A stretch of 64,000 nt of DNA from Auanema rhodensis (Eukaryota; Animalia; Nematoda), in contig OZ059897.1 of NCBI GenBank assembly GCA_964057225.1, forward strand, positions 16,988,001 to 17,052,000. Direction: 5' to 3'. Both the position numbers and the translations under genes were made by a program. This document shows positions 1-12,284 of the stretch, piece by piece; positions within the stretch are counted from its first letter, which is position 1; each line of letters begins with the position of its first letter. The notes below the pieces were generated by a model. The model saw only the letters and a program-made list of their open reading frames with translations, was not told the DNA's origin and made no database searches.

Positions 1-544
1 ATTAAATATATATGATAAATTAAGAGAAATTTGAATGATCATGATATTCTTGATTATTAATCATTTTTGATCGTTTCTTGTAGTTGTTCATATTTGATAT
101 GTACTACAATCAATGGGTACAACGTGCTGTGATAAAACTTAATTTCTCAATACTTTAAACCCAAGTTCAGATAATTCAATGTAATTCTAATCAAGACCAA
201 TTAATTTCGTTTGAATCGTAACTTTCTTTAAACGTTGATTAACTAATATATCATCCATCTTCTTCTTTTTTAAAGTTTTTTCTTCTTTTCTCTTTTCAAT
301 AGAGATCAAAGAAATTTGTCATGGTCAACTGCACTGCCAATTAAAATGTGTTAGTTTCAAAACTAACGCTAGATCGAGAACGGAAGTACTCGGCTCTGTT
401 GTAGAGAAGCAGAGTGAGCTTATAAGATGTCTCCATTGGTTAGACACGAAGCCAATGTCAGAAGCCGACTCTGCCACTCTAGTGAGCATGCTTCAGCTTC
501 AAATAGCTTATATATGAGCCAAATCATGTGCTGCTATAAATTGT

Positions 545-617
545 GGCCGCGTGGCCCAATGGATAAGGCGTCGGACTTCGGATCCGAAGATTGCAGGTTC
601 GAGTCCTGCCGTGGTCG
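545..617 (+). tRNA. tRNA-Arg, anticodon TCG
   Basis: GGCCGCG/CGTGGTC acceptor stem; A box TGGCCCAATGG; anticodon arm TCGGA-CTTCGGA-TCCGA; T arm GCAGG-TTCGAGT-CCTGC; 73 nt, no intron. Confidence 0.97.
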
Positions 618-620
618 AAA

Positions 621-625
621 TTTTT
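621..625 (+). terminator. RNA polymerase III terminator (T5) of the tRNA
   Basis: TTTTT starts 4 nt after the tRNA discriminator base. Confidence 0.8.
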
Positions 626-1742
626 GCAAAACTGAAACTATAAATTGGGAACTGAATATGATTGATACGAGCATTTAATTCTTATCAATCATTGAAAATG
701 CTAGAGTTTTTTCAAGAAATGATTTATTAATTTCCAACTACATCACAAAGAAATTTATTTATAGAATCAGAAGTTCATTTTAAAGTTTTTTGCTTCGAAC
801 TATTTGAAATAAATTTTCTTTGTGAAAATGCTCAATATGTGTATGACATTTATAATTTATTATAGAACCACGTTGAGAAACAAAATTTGAAACAGTACTT
901 CAGGAAAACGCATTCTAATATACAAACTTTCTAAGAAAAAAGACAATCTTCTATCATTATTTCGAAAACCACGTGAGAGATGTTAAAAATACGAGAATGA
1001 TAATATTGTTTACGGGTTTTCTTCAAGTTTTCCAAATGCAAAAATGGACTTTAGTAGGTTTTTCAGTATCATCATCATTAAAAATTATGAAGAATTACAA
1101 TTCCATCGTTATAGCTACATAAATAACAGAATTCAATAGTTCAAAACGTATAAAAAAAACTAATTTATGAAGATAGCTAATCGATATTTTGAATTAGCTA
1201 GTTTGTGAGATCTGAATCAAAAAATTATCGATTACTTAGGAGAACTTCTTGAACGCAAATTTTTTAAAAATTTTTGTTATGAACTAGACAATAATGTATT
1301 GTTTATTTTAATTATATTAAATAAGTGGTAATGAATTATGTCACTTTCTACTAATGAGTATTTTATTTTGAACGTGTTTCCTACTTAAAGTGGTGGTGTA
1401 TTTTTTTTAATATTACGTTAAAAATTCAAAAATTAATCAATTAGTAGTGTAGTTGATGACCCAGATTAAAGTATAATATACAATTAATAACTAAGAAATA
1501 CCTATATCCTTTCCCACATAATATTTTGGGAACTGTCAATTTTTTATACAAAACGTGACCCGTGGCAATTTGGAATCCCCGCGCATTAGGCTCCACCCAC
1601 TTTTTAAAATCCTTATTATATCTCTTGTGGATAAATAGGCTGCCATTCATACCTTGAGGTAGCCTGCCGCATGGTTGTATATACATCCTGCCTATTTCTT
1701 AACCCAAAAACTCTATAATTTATTGTCACAACGTTTGTATTA

Positions 1743-1826
1743 TTTTCATTTCTGCTCAATGGCATGGACTATGTGAGATCTATTGCGAATGATATCACAG
1801 TTCTTGCTGTTGGGTAGAGATGAGAG
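1743..1826 (+). ncRNA. mir-43-like: pre-miRNA, miR-2/miR-43 seed family; mature 3p about 1793-1814 TATCACAGTTCTTGCTGTTGGG
   Basis: CATTTCTGCTCAATGGCA pairs fully (with G-U) with TGCTGTTGGGTAGAGATG. The 3' arm begins with the UAUCACAG seed and matches remembered C. elegans miR-43 (UAUCACAGUUUACUUGCUGUCGC) with a 2-nt gap. Confidence 0.88.
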
Positions 1827-1872
1827 TTGGTGTTATTTTAAGTTGCCTTCAAGATACCTTTCTAATTTTTCT

Positions 1873-1947
1873 GTAGGTTCAAATCTGGGTGTGCTTCTTA
1901 GTCGTATTTGTTTTTATGACTAGAATCACATTCAGCATTGCATCTAC
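1873..1947 (+). ncRNA. mir-44-like: pre-miRNA, miR-44/miR-279 seed family; mature 3p about 1917-1937 TGACTAGAATCACATTCAGCA
   Basis: 5' arm CTGGGTGTGCTTCTTAGTCGTA pairs with TATGACTAGAATCACATTCAG. The mature arm is 18/21 identical to remembered C. elegans miR-44 UGACUAGAGACACAUUCAGCU, and the star arm resembles miR-44-5p. Confidence 0.92.
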
Positions 1948-1985
1948 TAAAGTAAAATTAGGCCTGTTCCCTCGTAGATAAAGTT

Positions 1986-2052
1986 ATCTGTCAGCATAAT
2001 GTTTGTGTGAAATCTAGTTCAAGATATCACAGTATCCATTCTGCTGACAGAT
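1986..2052 (+). ncRNA. pre-miRNA, second miR-2/miR-43 seed family member; mature 3p about 2025-2047 TATCACAGTATCCATTCTGCTGA
   Basis: Perfect 11-bp basal stem ATCTGTCAGCA/TGCTGACAGAT. The UAUCACAG seed sits at the start of the 3' arm, in the same position as in the first hairpin. Confidence 0.85.
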
Positions 2053-2103
2053 CTCTTAATTCCGTTAGTTATGTTGCCATATGCCCATCCCCCGTTTCCC
2101 AAC

Positions 2104-2168
2104 CCTATCTGGGTATCTCGACTAGTGCACACGTTATTTGGATGTGACTAGAGAGTGACTCAGCTAGG
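2104..2168 (+). ncRNA. pre-miRNA, second miR-44/miR-279 seed family member; mature 3p about 2145-2165 TGACTAGAGAGTGACTCAGCT
   Basis: CTGGGTATCTCGACTAGTGCACA pairs with TGTGACTAGAGAGTGACTCAG; UGACUAGA seed; 17/21 identical to remembered miR-44. Confidence 0.87.
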
Positions 2169-4036
2169 AAAGCAGGAACTTCTCTCACCAGTTTTTAAAA
2201 GTGATTGTTTTTTTCAGAGCATAAGTAGACGCAAAATTTTGAACTTGGCAGGGTTGTTAGATAGATCATTTAGTACTTAAAAAAGTGCTTTTGGCGTGAA
2301 CCGAAATGCATTGCAAAAGGCAACCTGTTTATTTAGCTTGAAATTGTTTAATGTACTTATCTAAATTATGCAATGTTGCATCATAGAATGCTTGTTAAAT
2401 AGTGTTCATGTTGTGTTGGATATAATTATATCGAGAGATAATGTATAAGGAATGCTGAAATGTTAATAAGATTTTATAAGATTATTTCCAAAACAATTCT
2501 AATAGTATCCAAATTAGAAGATTGCGAGAACTGGTCGAATGCAAAATCTTAAGGACCAGTCTATTTAGTTAAGCCTATCTTATTGTGTTTATAATAAGAG
2601 AGGCTTTTTATTGTAAGTTTTACTCATCAGATATGTCAAGCGAGAATGGGCACTACGTAACCTATAAAAAATCAGTCAAACTATTCCTTATTTTCGCTAT
2701 ATCAAAAAGTTTTACAATGAGTGAATTCTCATGTCATTTGATGTTTGCCTCCATTTTCTCTTGTTTCCCGCTACCTATTTCATTTATCTTTTACATTTCT
2801 TATCACCCTCTACAATACTTTTAGCGATTCCACGAATATGGTGTAGTCCTATATATGATTCCCTCGTCTTGCTTTTCACAACCTATCCAGCATATCGAAC
2901 TATCAAATCTGTTAGATTACCTACCACTCAACTGGTTATCAGTCAAAGCAATCCCTTTTATGATCAGTTCCCGATTTATTTTCACCTACCTATGCTGTAC
3001 CGATCGTAACTAGCTAAGTTCTGCAAATAATGTAAGGATTTAAGAAAGTAAGAGAAAAAGAGAGACATAGATAGTTGAATAGAGTAGAGTGAAAGTTAAA
3101 GAGTCATATATGCTATAATTTGTAGTTCATTTCTCATTGGTCAGTTAGCAAATCCACAATACTTGCTTGGATTCCTCCGAAAGACTTTCCTTTTTTTATT
3201 ATCTTTTCTTTCTTCTATCTATTACTTGTAATTCTTATATCGTCTTTTAACTCTCTGTTCAACCGAAAACAACATATAATTAGTGATTTTAATCGAATTG
3301 GGTCTGAGAATCTTGGGTTCGTTTTTATATTGTATGACATATCCTACTCTTGATTACCATTACAACTTACACGATGCTAATTTGGTGACAACCTCTTATT
3401 TCAGTGAACCAAATCGAAATTGTTTTAAAAAATTTATTTAAACTTCTGTTAATCTTTTCTATTTTTCTCAATTAATATTAAAAAAAACAACTGTTAGCTA
3501 ATACGTTTTTAACCAGTAATCGTAAGAACATTTATTTATATTTCCGCTTTTTAGAAAAAATTTCCATTAATATATACACTTATATAGAACTAAATTATTC
3601 TCTAATAAGTTATAAACCTGTCGTTATTTATTTTTCTTAGTGAGGACAACAGGAGCATGGAAAGTAACGAGAGTAAAAAGAGGGAAAAGTCTCCAAATAT
3701 GTTGTAATCATGAATTTTGTTTTGACGAAACAGTTAGATAACATTAGCAAGTTTAATAATAATTGAATAAATTTCATAATATAACACTCTTCTCGTAGAT
3801 TTTCCTTAGATTTTTCGACCTACTCCAGACATTTGGTCATCGTCGCTGCGCCACGATCCATTTTATTTCCGATAACTGAAGCAGAAAGTCTTTCTCATAT
3901 GCTATCTCTTATTCATTCCTCACTTTTACTTCCTTTACGTTTCCAATTATTTTGTCTATTGTAATAAATATATTAATATTTTAAAATATTTATTTCAGAT
4001 TTTTGTGTTTTTTTATTTGCTTAAACGACATCATAT

Positions 4037-6604
4037 ATGATTTTTTTATTACTGGCTAGCTTGCTGGCTGTTGTACCATCTAGTTGGTCAGCAATTCATC
4101 GTCCTGAAATTCACACATGGCTTGAACAGAATAGTTATATTTGTAAGTGTTAAAATATTATTTTAGATTTGTAATTCTAAGTTATATGTAAATACATTAA
4201 TGTGAAATATAAAGTTTATGTTAGTTTATAGTATAGTTCGAAAACCTTAGCAAACCGAACTGCTTACCAATTGTGATATTTTCTTTAAAAAAACAAGTTT
4301 TTGAATAATGCTTGATCTCTATTAAGGTGTATTGGATCCTTTACGAAATTCTGTTCAGTTTTTAACAACTGGTGAGGCTAGGACATTAAGTTGTAATTGT
4401 GGAGACCCATTGATTACGGAGTCAGCTTGCGCTCGAAAAGGCAATGAAAGGCCACACTGTCGTCGACGTAAAATAAATTTTTTTATTTGATAGTCTTCAT
4501 ATCATATTATAGTTCCTGATTTATGTATGAGGGAGTATCAGATTCTATTCACCGAAGTCGAAGATAGAAGAAATCGTAAGTACTATTGTGTTAAACTATA
4601 TGTATATTCTTATACAGAACCTATGTCTACGAGACAATCAAGTATTCGTACAACTACTACCCAACTGCCAACAACACAACGACGACGGATTTCAACCTTA
4701 CATACTACAAAACTTCTTCGTCCTCTTCCTACATTCACTACACGAAATCCATTCACTCGATCGAAGGTTTTATTTCGAATACTTCAGTTCGTTTTAGAAA
4801 ACTAATGTTTCAGCCAACGTTCACTCTAGCCAATCGTTTCCCATTCACAACAGCAGGAAAAATATCATCTAATGACCTGCGTAAGTTCACACCTACAACA
4901 CCATCTTTGCTTAGATCTCGGCCAACGTTTCGAACAACATTTAGTGGACGTAAAGTATGTTTAATTCAAGGTTATTTTGTTATGAAATACATTCAGAGCA
5001 CTCTTCATACTTTCACTGGCCTTCATAGGGACGAACAAGTTGAAACATTGCCATCAACACTAAGCAGATCAACACAATCTACTACTTTATCAACAACACC
5101 AGAAACAACTCCATCAACAACTTCATCAACGACTACGACAACTACTACAACGACCTCAACAACACCTAAGCCAATCACAACCACAACGATATTAATTTCA
5201 ACTACTCCTGCTCCGGCTTCAACAGTAGCAAGTACACTTACAACGGTTCCAAGTTTGACAACAAAACCAACAACATCTACATTGAACCTGACAACGTTTT
5301 CTCAAACGTCTGACGATTCTCATGTTCCTCAAACTGAAACAAAGAGAGAAAAACTAGAGAAAGTTCGAAGCTTAATAAAGGAACTGCTTCAAAATATGTC
5401 ACCTGAAGATCACATCAATGATTTAGAACAATTATTTGACTTTGAACAGCTCCGTAGCAGACATGGAGTTCGACATTCTACTAAAGATCCTCTGCAAAAA
5501 CATAAGCCACATAAGGTAAGATTCCGAGTTTCGAACAGATGTTAAGTTTTTTATTTTAACTTTTAGGAAATTGTACGAGTATCGTCGGAAGAAGTTCCAG
5601 CTGAAACAGGTACTCGAATGCAGCGCGTCGTTTTCGATGAGCAAATGAATTTAATGGGAGATGCTCCATCCTTAGTGTTGACTACAAATCCAGCTAGTGC
5701 CCAAACAACAACTGATGCCACAACAACAACATTACCAACATCAACAGCTGCATCAGCAGTCCAGTCTACCCTTCCAGCAAGTTCGACATTATCAAAAGGT
5801 TTCTATAAATGTTTCAAAGTATTCTTTATATTTTTGAAATTCTGAAGAAAATAGTAAATTCGAGCCTATAATTGAAAAGCTTCTTCAACGGATTGATCTA
5901 CTCGAAGCAAAAGTCCTTCATACTGTAGCTACTCCGGGCTCTAAAGAAGAATTAGCTCACAACAACATGGTGAACATTTTTTTTTAAATTTTCAAATAGT
6001 TTATTTAAGCTTCACAACTTCAAAAGACAAATGATTGACTTTGTTCGCCGTCAAGAAAATGATAAAGCAATTAACGCGCAAAAGAAGATTGAGGTGAGGC
6101 CTAAATTTATTTGATTTTTGATAAATTTTAAAAAAATTATGAAGTGAATAATATCAATTATTTCAGGCTGAAAATGAGCTAACAGCGGAAGACTTATCAA
6201 ATCTTCGAAGCACAACAGCAGAAGTTTTGAATCTAAAAGTTACAAAAATAAGAAACGGTGAAGACGAAGAGCCAACTTCAGTAGTAAGAAACATTTGACG
6301 TAGTATTCTAAAATAAGGAAAACCGTTTTGTTTCAGTCCGCCAGCATGAATGATCAACCAACAACTTTCTCCCCTCGAATAGTAAGTATTTAAACTTTGA
6401 ACAAATGATTAGAATACTATATTATTCTCATAGTAAGAATTTTTTTAGCGTTTCACAACTTCGAAATTCAACGCCAAGATCTGTGAAGATAATCATCCCC
6501 TTTGTGAATATTGGGCTTTCTACAAGCAATGTAGTGTAAATGCCAAATATATGTACAAATATTGTCGAAAAGCCTGCGGTATCTGTGATTTCCGCCGAAT
6601 CTAA
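4037..6604 (+). CDS. Secreted protein: signal peptide, Cys-rich N-terminus, Thr/Ser-rich mucin-like stalk, C-terminal ShK toxin domain (multi-exon)
   Basis: Starts MIFLLLASLLAVVPSSWSA after a TTTCAG acceptor. Thr-rich exons lie at 4.6-5.8 kb. The last exon encodes ICEDNHPLCEYWAFYKQCSVNAKYMYKYCRKACGICDFRRI*, with six-Cys ShKT spacing and a terminal CxxxCxxC. Confidence 0.88.
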
Positions 6605-8244
6605 ATCCAAGTCTATTCAGGGTGATGAATTTTAATCATTTTGCTTAATTTAATTTTTGTTTTGTTTATTACAATATGAATTGCTTTTCAAAATGATGTA
6701 TATGTACATGTATGTATATATACTTTCTTAATAAGTTTTATGTAATGAAGAAAAAAAAGATTTTTTTGAATTATTAAATTTATGTTATTCACCAGGAATG
6801 CAACCAATCTGTACCAGCGATTACTGAACGATATGAAATATAGAACGAGAGATGCATATACTTTCAAAATCTGATAACAAAATTAATTATTCTGTGAATG
6901 TAAGATGAAAAAAACTGATTAATTATGTATTTAAGCAAAACATATGTTCAATTAACAAGTTTTTCAATGATGCAAAAGAAATAAAAAGGTAGATGTTAAG
7001 ATATACAAATATTCAATTAAGCTTTATATGCATATACGTAAAATATAATATTTGAATTAGGGTAATTAAGTTGATCAATTTATTAAACAAAATCAAAACC
7101 AACCCAAGCGAAAAAAAACAAAAAAGAAGAAATTATATTATTTCTTTTATAATTATTTAAATTTTCTTAATTAAAAATATATAATTTACAATTTGAACCC
7201 AAATTATAAATGTTGAAGCTAATAATATAGTTTGAAATGACTTTATATGACATCATATCTCATAAAAATCATTAGCATATCAATTAGTCAACCCTATATG
7301 CTAATTTTAACATTTAAATTAAAATTATTTAACAAATTAAGCAAATTTTCTTATTTTTACATGTTTCTTTAAATATTTTCTATATCTAACAATGTTCATA
7401 ACCATTACCGTTTTCATCATCCACGATTCTGCCAACGATAGCACTATGACCCCATGTGCTGCCATAGCTAGCTTATGCACACCTCTCCTCATACTGCCCC
7501 ATTTTCACAGGAGTCTTACTCAGACTAGGTTTTTAAGTTAGGTTTATATGTTATATTATAATAGCTTGGTTTGTAAAACTTTTTTTTTAATTTAAACACA
7601 TATTGCGCGGTATGCTTTCAATTTGAATTCATCATTCAGTAAACCACCCTTTCATAAAAAAATATTTTACTTCTTAAAATGTAAAATATTACTTTATAAA
7701 CTAATATTAATAATATATAGTTCATTTTTTATTGTTGTTGTATTGTTTTCATGACCTTAGTTTAGCATAACTATCAGACAGTAAAACTAATATTTTTTCA
7801 AAGAACAAACTGATCTGTGATATTAACACCCGCGGTCAGACGCTGCAACTTGGAATACTAAAACGGTTTTCGATCTTTACACACTTCGAACAATTATTTT
7901 TTGCCGCTGTTATACTTGTCTGTAATTTTCTTTTTTTTTTGGTTTTTGAAATTTTATAGGTTCGAAATAAGAAAAGATTCAAAATTCATAATGGAATTGA
8001 TATTGTTGTATTTTAAATCCATTATATTTGTATATTTTGATAGAATTGTCTCGTAATCTTATACACCTATATATGTTAGATTGCGTTCATCATTGCATAA
8101 TATGTGCATCTGGTATACGATAATTCACATTTTTGTTTCATATGAACCATCAGAATAACACGTGGATGTAGACGTGTTTTTCACGTGCTTCGACCTTTTC
8201 TCTCGTCATTGTTGTCTATCATCACTCTTTCTTCACCCCTTCTT

Positions 8245-8270
8245 TCTCTCTCTCTCTCCCTCTCTCTCTC
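8245..8270. repeat. (CT)n microsatellite, one interruption
   Basis: TCTCTCTCTCTCTCCCTCTCTCTCTC read directly. Confidence 0.85.
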
Positions 8271-11200
8271 TTTTGGTGGAAAACGAGTGAGATAGACAGA
8301 GAGTTAATTAGGTAGAGAGCAGTGACTTAAAGGAGGGTGCGTGCAGTTTGTCCACCGCAAAGACATGTTGGTCAACTGTCGTCCTGAGAATTCACAAGAT
8401 CCTACTCTTGTTATTTAGTTATTATACAGAACCTCGCTACTTTATTTACAAGTTGAAATACTATTTTAATAATTATTTCAATGTGTGGGTGTATCTTTTA
8501 TGTTTTCCTTAACACTCCACCTTTCTCTCTCGTTCACTCCCACAACAAATATACACTTTCAGGATTATATTTACACCTTTTTAACAGAGAACCAAAGCGA
8601 TCTGCTTAAGCAGTTCTAATGAAAAGAACTTGTCAAAAACTTCCTTACTTTATATCATCATCACCCACACTATCTCCAGTTTTCATGACATGTTTTGATC
8701 ATACTTTTCAGAAACGTTCTAGAACATTTGTGTCATTGTTTCTTCCTTAACACCTAAACAATTTTCCGGTATATTATAGTTCAATGTTCTAACTCTGGAG
8801 AGACAATATTATTACCTTATTCTGTTGAATAATTTTAAAAATATCATTTAAAGACATAAAAATGTTTTTCATATTCCTAATCATTATAAAACAAAAATTT
8901 TTATTTCGTTACGGATACTCTTGAGAAGCTACTGCTTGCAACGAAGCGTTTCTTGCACAGCCTGTTTTTCTTATTTTCTAAGCAGTTCAACTGCTTAAAC
9001 ATATGTGTTTTGAATTGATAGAGAGCTACTCGAGAAATAGTTAAGACCAGTCGTTATCTTTATCAGAAAACCTTGATTTCTTCTCCTTCCATTCTATCTA
9101 TCTTCCTATCTTCTACATGAAAGATCTTTGAGCTCCTTATATCAGCCAGAAACACTCAGATGTGATAAACAGAAAGGCTGAGTTGTGAGCACTCACTAGT
9201 TTACTTTTGTCTTATTAACAATATTATGAACAACACATTTCCCTTGTTCAAAAGATGGCCGACCTTTGTAAAATCATTAATAGTAACATTATCAGAAAGT
9301 GATGTAATTTTCATTGAAAAAAGATGTTTACTTCTTTTTTATTTTAGATCAAATATAAAAACTTATGTATCAATACTAATCTCTCTCTTTTCTCTTTTCA
9401 GTTTTCTGCTCTTTAATCTATCTCTTTCTTTTTTGTACGTTCTTAATGTTTCTCCTTCTCTAACTTTCCAGTATATTCACCTGATCTTCTTATTTTTCTT
9501 CAATCATATCAGAAAAATTCTATTTCTATATTTAAATTGTAGTTCTTGTCTGCTAAGTAAAGTATTTTTTCGTCTTCTCTATTATTTCTATTTTGTTCCG
9601 AACTCTCGACGGTTATCGTGGAAAATTTCAAAACGAAAGCCTAGAAATTGCAATTTTTTTCGTCTCAGCCTTTCTGTTTTTCTTATCAGTTATTTATCAT
9701 TTTTTACTGTTCTTCTTAGGAAAAAGCACCTTATGTTCTTCCGATTTGGTTATTTTTTTAGTCTTTGGTCTTTTTTACCAGTTAAGAACAAGTAGTCTCC
9801 AGTAAGAATAAAAATACAATGTTCGTTTTTTCTTTTAATTCTTTTGAAAACATAATTTACATTAAACTTCTTGTTAGTTCTCTTTGTTTACTCAACACTA
9901 TTTCTTCTGATAACTATTTTATCTTTTCACACTTATTTAATATTTCGATTTCATTCCTTACTGTCATTTGATTTTTTTTCACTTTGCTTTTCGTATAGGC
10001 ACTATTTCACTTGAAAAATAAACTCTGTCTTCTTATCCAACTTTTTTCTCAATAATATCTGTTGATGACAAACGAATCTTGTAAAGTACGAGCTCTTAAG
10101 TGCATATGCCACCACCATTTTTTCTACATTAAACATTAAAAACATATTTATTACTTGTTAGTATAACAGAAAACTATGTATATCCTATTATCTCTGTTTC
10201 TTCCTCGTTCTGTACCTTTTTTTCAAATTTAATTTGTATACGATTCTCTCTTCAATAATACATTTTTATTAATCATTTAATCATTTACTACTTAGAGTTC
10301 ATGTCTTGTCCTCTGCTTGCTACTTAATTGTTTCTTCACTTCATCAAGACTTGCTTATTCTAAACACAGATGCTTTCTTTAAACTTTTATATTAAGAAGT
10401 TCCTTTTTTCAATTTATTTCGTATATGATGCTTCAATATTTTCGATCTATAAACCTTAGCTCTGCTTTACCTCTAAAAAAATCATAAAAGAATACAACAA
10501 CAAAGTTCGCTGATAATTGTGATAACGCTTGTTTATTAGCTTAAGCTGGAAAACAGATAGCTAGCATTGCAAATTATTAGCTTTTATCACTTGCTGAGAT
10601 TCGTGAATTCATATAATCACTAAAGCATAACTATCAAACACCAAACGAAAATCAGTTGTTATTATGTTCAATTTTTTGAAATCAGGATCAGGAATCATCA
10701 TCTGAATCTTCATACTCAATTGCAACACTATTACCTTTGACTATACTCGATTTGTATTACAAATATTTGTTTGAATCGACCAATGTAGTAGAAGCAAACT
10801 AGTTCATTACCTGTTTCTTGATAGTTGACTATAAAGATTTATAGGAAACCAAAGCCAGTTGTCTTTTATGTGGTTAATTAGAGAGCTAATGATTTCATTA
10901 ATATAATACAAACAAAAATAATAATACTATTTTAAATATTTGGTTGTTTTTTGATTAATATATATTTCAATTGTGTTTCAATTAATTTCGTTTAAAGAAA
11001 AAATTAAAGAAATTTATCAAATGATGCCGATGGCATTAACAAAAAATCGGATAGACTTTATTATCACTTCACTAGCTCTCTCTCTCAAAAATTTAAACGA
11101 CAATTGACATTTTTTCGATTGTTTTTACTTTTAAATCACAAAGCCTCCTTCACATATTGTTACTAGTGGTGAGTACTAGTATCACTTAACAAAAGTATTA

Positions 11201-12284
11201 AATTAAGAAACTTTACTTTAAGTACTGGAATTTTAAAATTCCTCTGTTAGTTCAAAGAACTTTAATCGACGTACCGCTTTTCATTTACAACAAGACATCA
11301 ACGCTTGCTCTTTGTTTCTGATCGTGTCTTCGTTATGCCACTGCCTTAATATCTACAGTTTTCGCACTTTGTCCTCTATCTATCGCTGTTCTACAAATAA
11401 TTGCATCACATATCACGTACTTGTCTAGCAATTCCACTTGTCGTTACTCCCGAACATCAATTAGTTTTTCTTCCTGAGAAAGTGTTATAGTGATTATAAT
11501 ATTTGATATGCTACTACTCTCTGTATTTTACAAATTGAAAATAACAATTTTCTTTTTTTTCACTTATATTTCACGTACTGTGCTTTTCGTTTTATTTTTT
11601 TGATTTTTCCTATAATATTCTTGCACAAGATAAGAAGTAAAATACTTCTATATAATGATTAATTTGTCAGTTAATATAAATATTAAAAAAAAGAAGAAAA
11701 GAAAACCTGTAAGAACTGGATCATATTTAATAAATAATATATCATTTTCAAATTTATAAATACTTATTTACCTTATTGAATTATTCAAAAAACCAAATTG
11801 GATAACATACTCAAAAATTTACAAAACTTTCTTGTCAGAACAAGAGGTTGTCCGTTATCGGTGGGCGTGAATATAATGTGCGGTTTTGTTGTCATACCTG
11901 GTCGTGCACCTTGTGTTCATTTTGTCGATTTAAAGGGTTCTTCGGTAATTTAATTTGAATTCCTCTTTTAATAAATGTTTAAATTGCTTTAAAAATATTT
12001 TTATATTCATTATATTGTTTGAAATCTTTATATATATATATCAGAGACATAGATTACCATAGTCTGAATACTTGACTTCATGGTATGAACATTAATTGGC
12101 AAATAATTCCTAGTGTTTATTAATTTCTGCTTAGTTCATTTTTTCCTGTTCTTATCAACTTTGCCTTGTCATGCTAGTTCCGCTCTTTGTTAATAATGCT
12201 AGAGTTTTTGTTAACTGCTTCGTTCTCTTTTTGTACTGATTTTTTTGTGTCAAATAATATTTTTTTAATTTGTAGGATAAAAGC

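Noticed and set aside
427-678. 83-aa ORF
   Set aside because: It runs through the tRNA-Arg gene; the WPRGPMDKASD peptide is a translation artefact of the tRNA.
1655-1680. TGAGGTAG let-7-family seed upstream of the miRNA cluster
   Set aside because: I could not place it on the arm of a proper pre-miRNA stem; the pairings need a large bulge or leave too small a loop.
3505-3530. SL2-like stretch GTTTTTAACCAGTAATCGTAAG
   Set aside because: There is no 5' GG, no GT donor after the putative leader, and no Sm-site context.
9226-9795. 189-aa Phe/Leu-rich ORF
   Set aside because: It has the low-complexity composition expected of T-rich non-coding DNA, no motifs, and lacks the short introns seen in real genes here.
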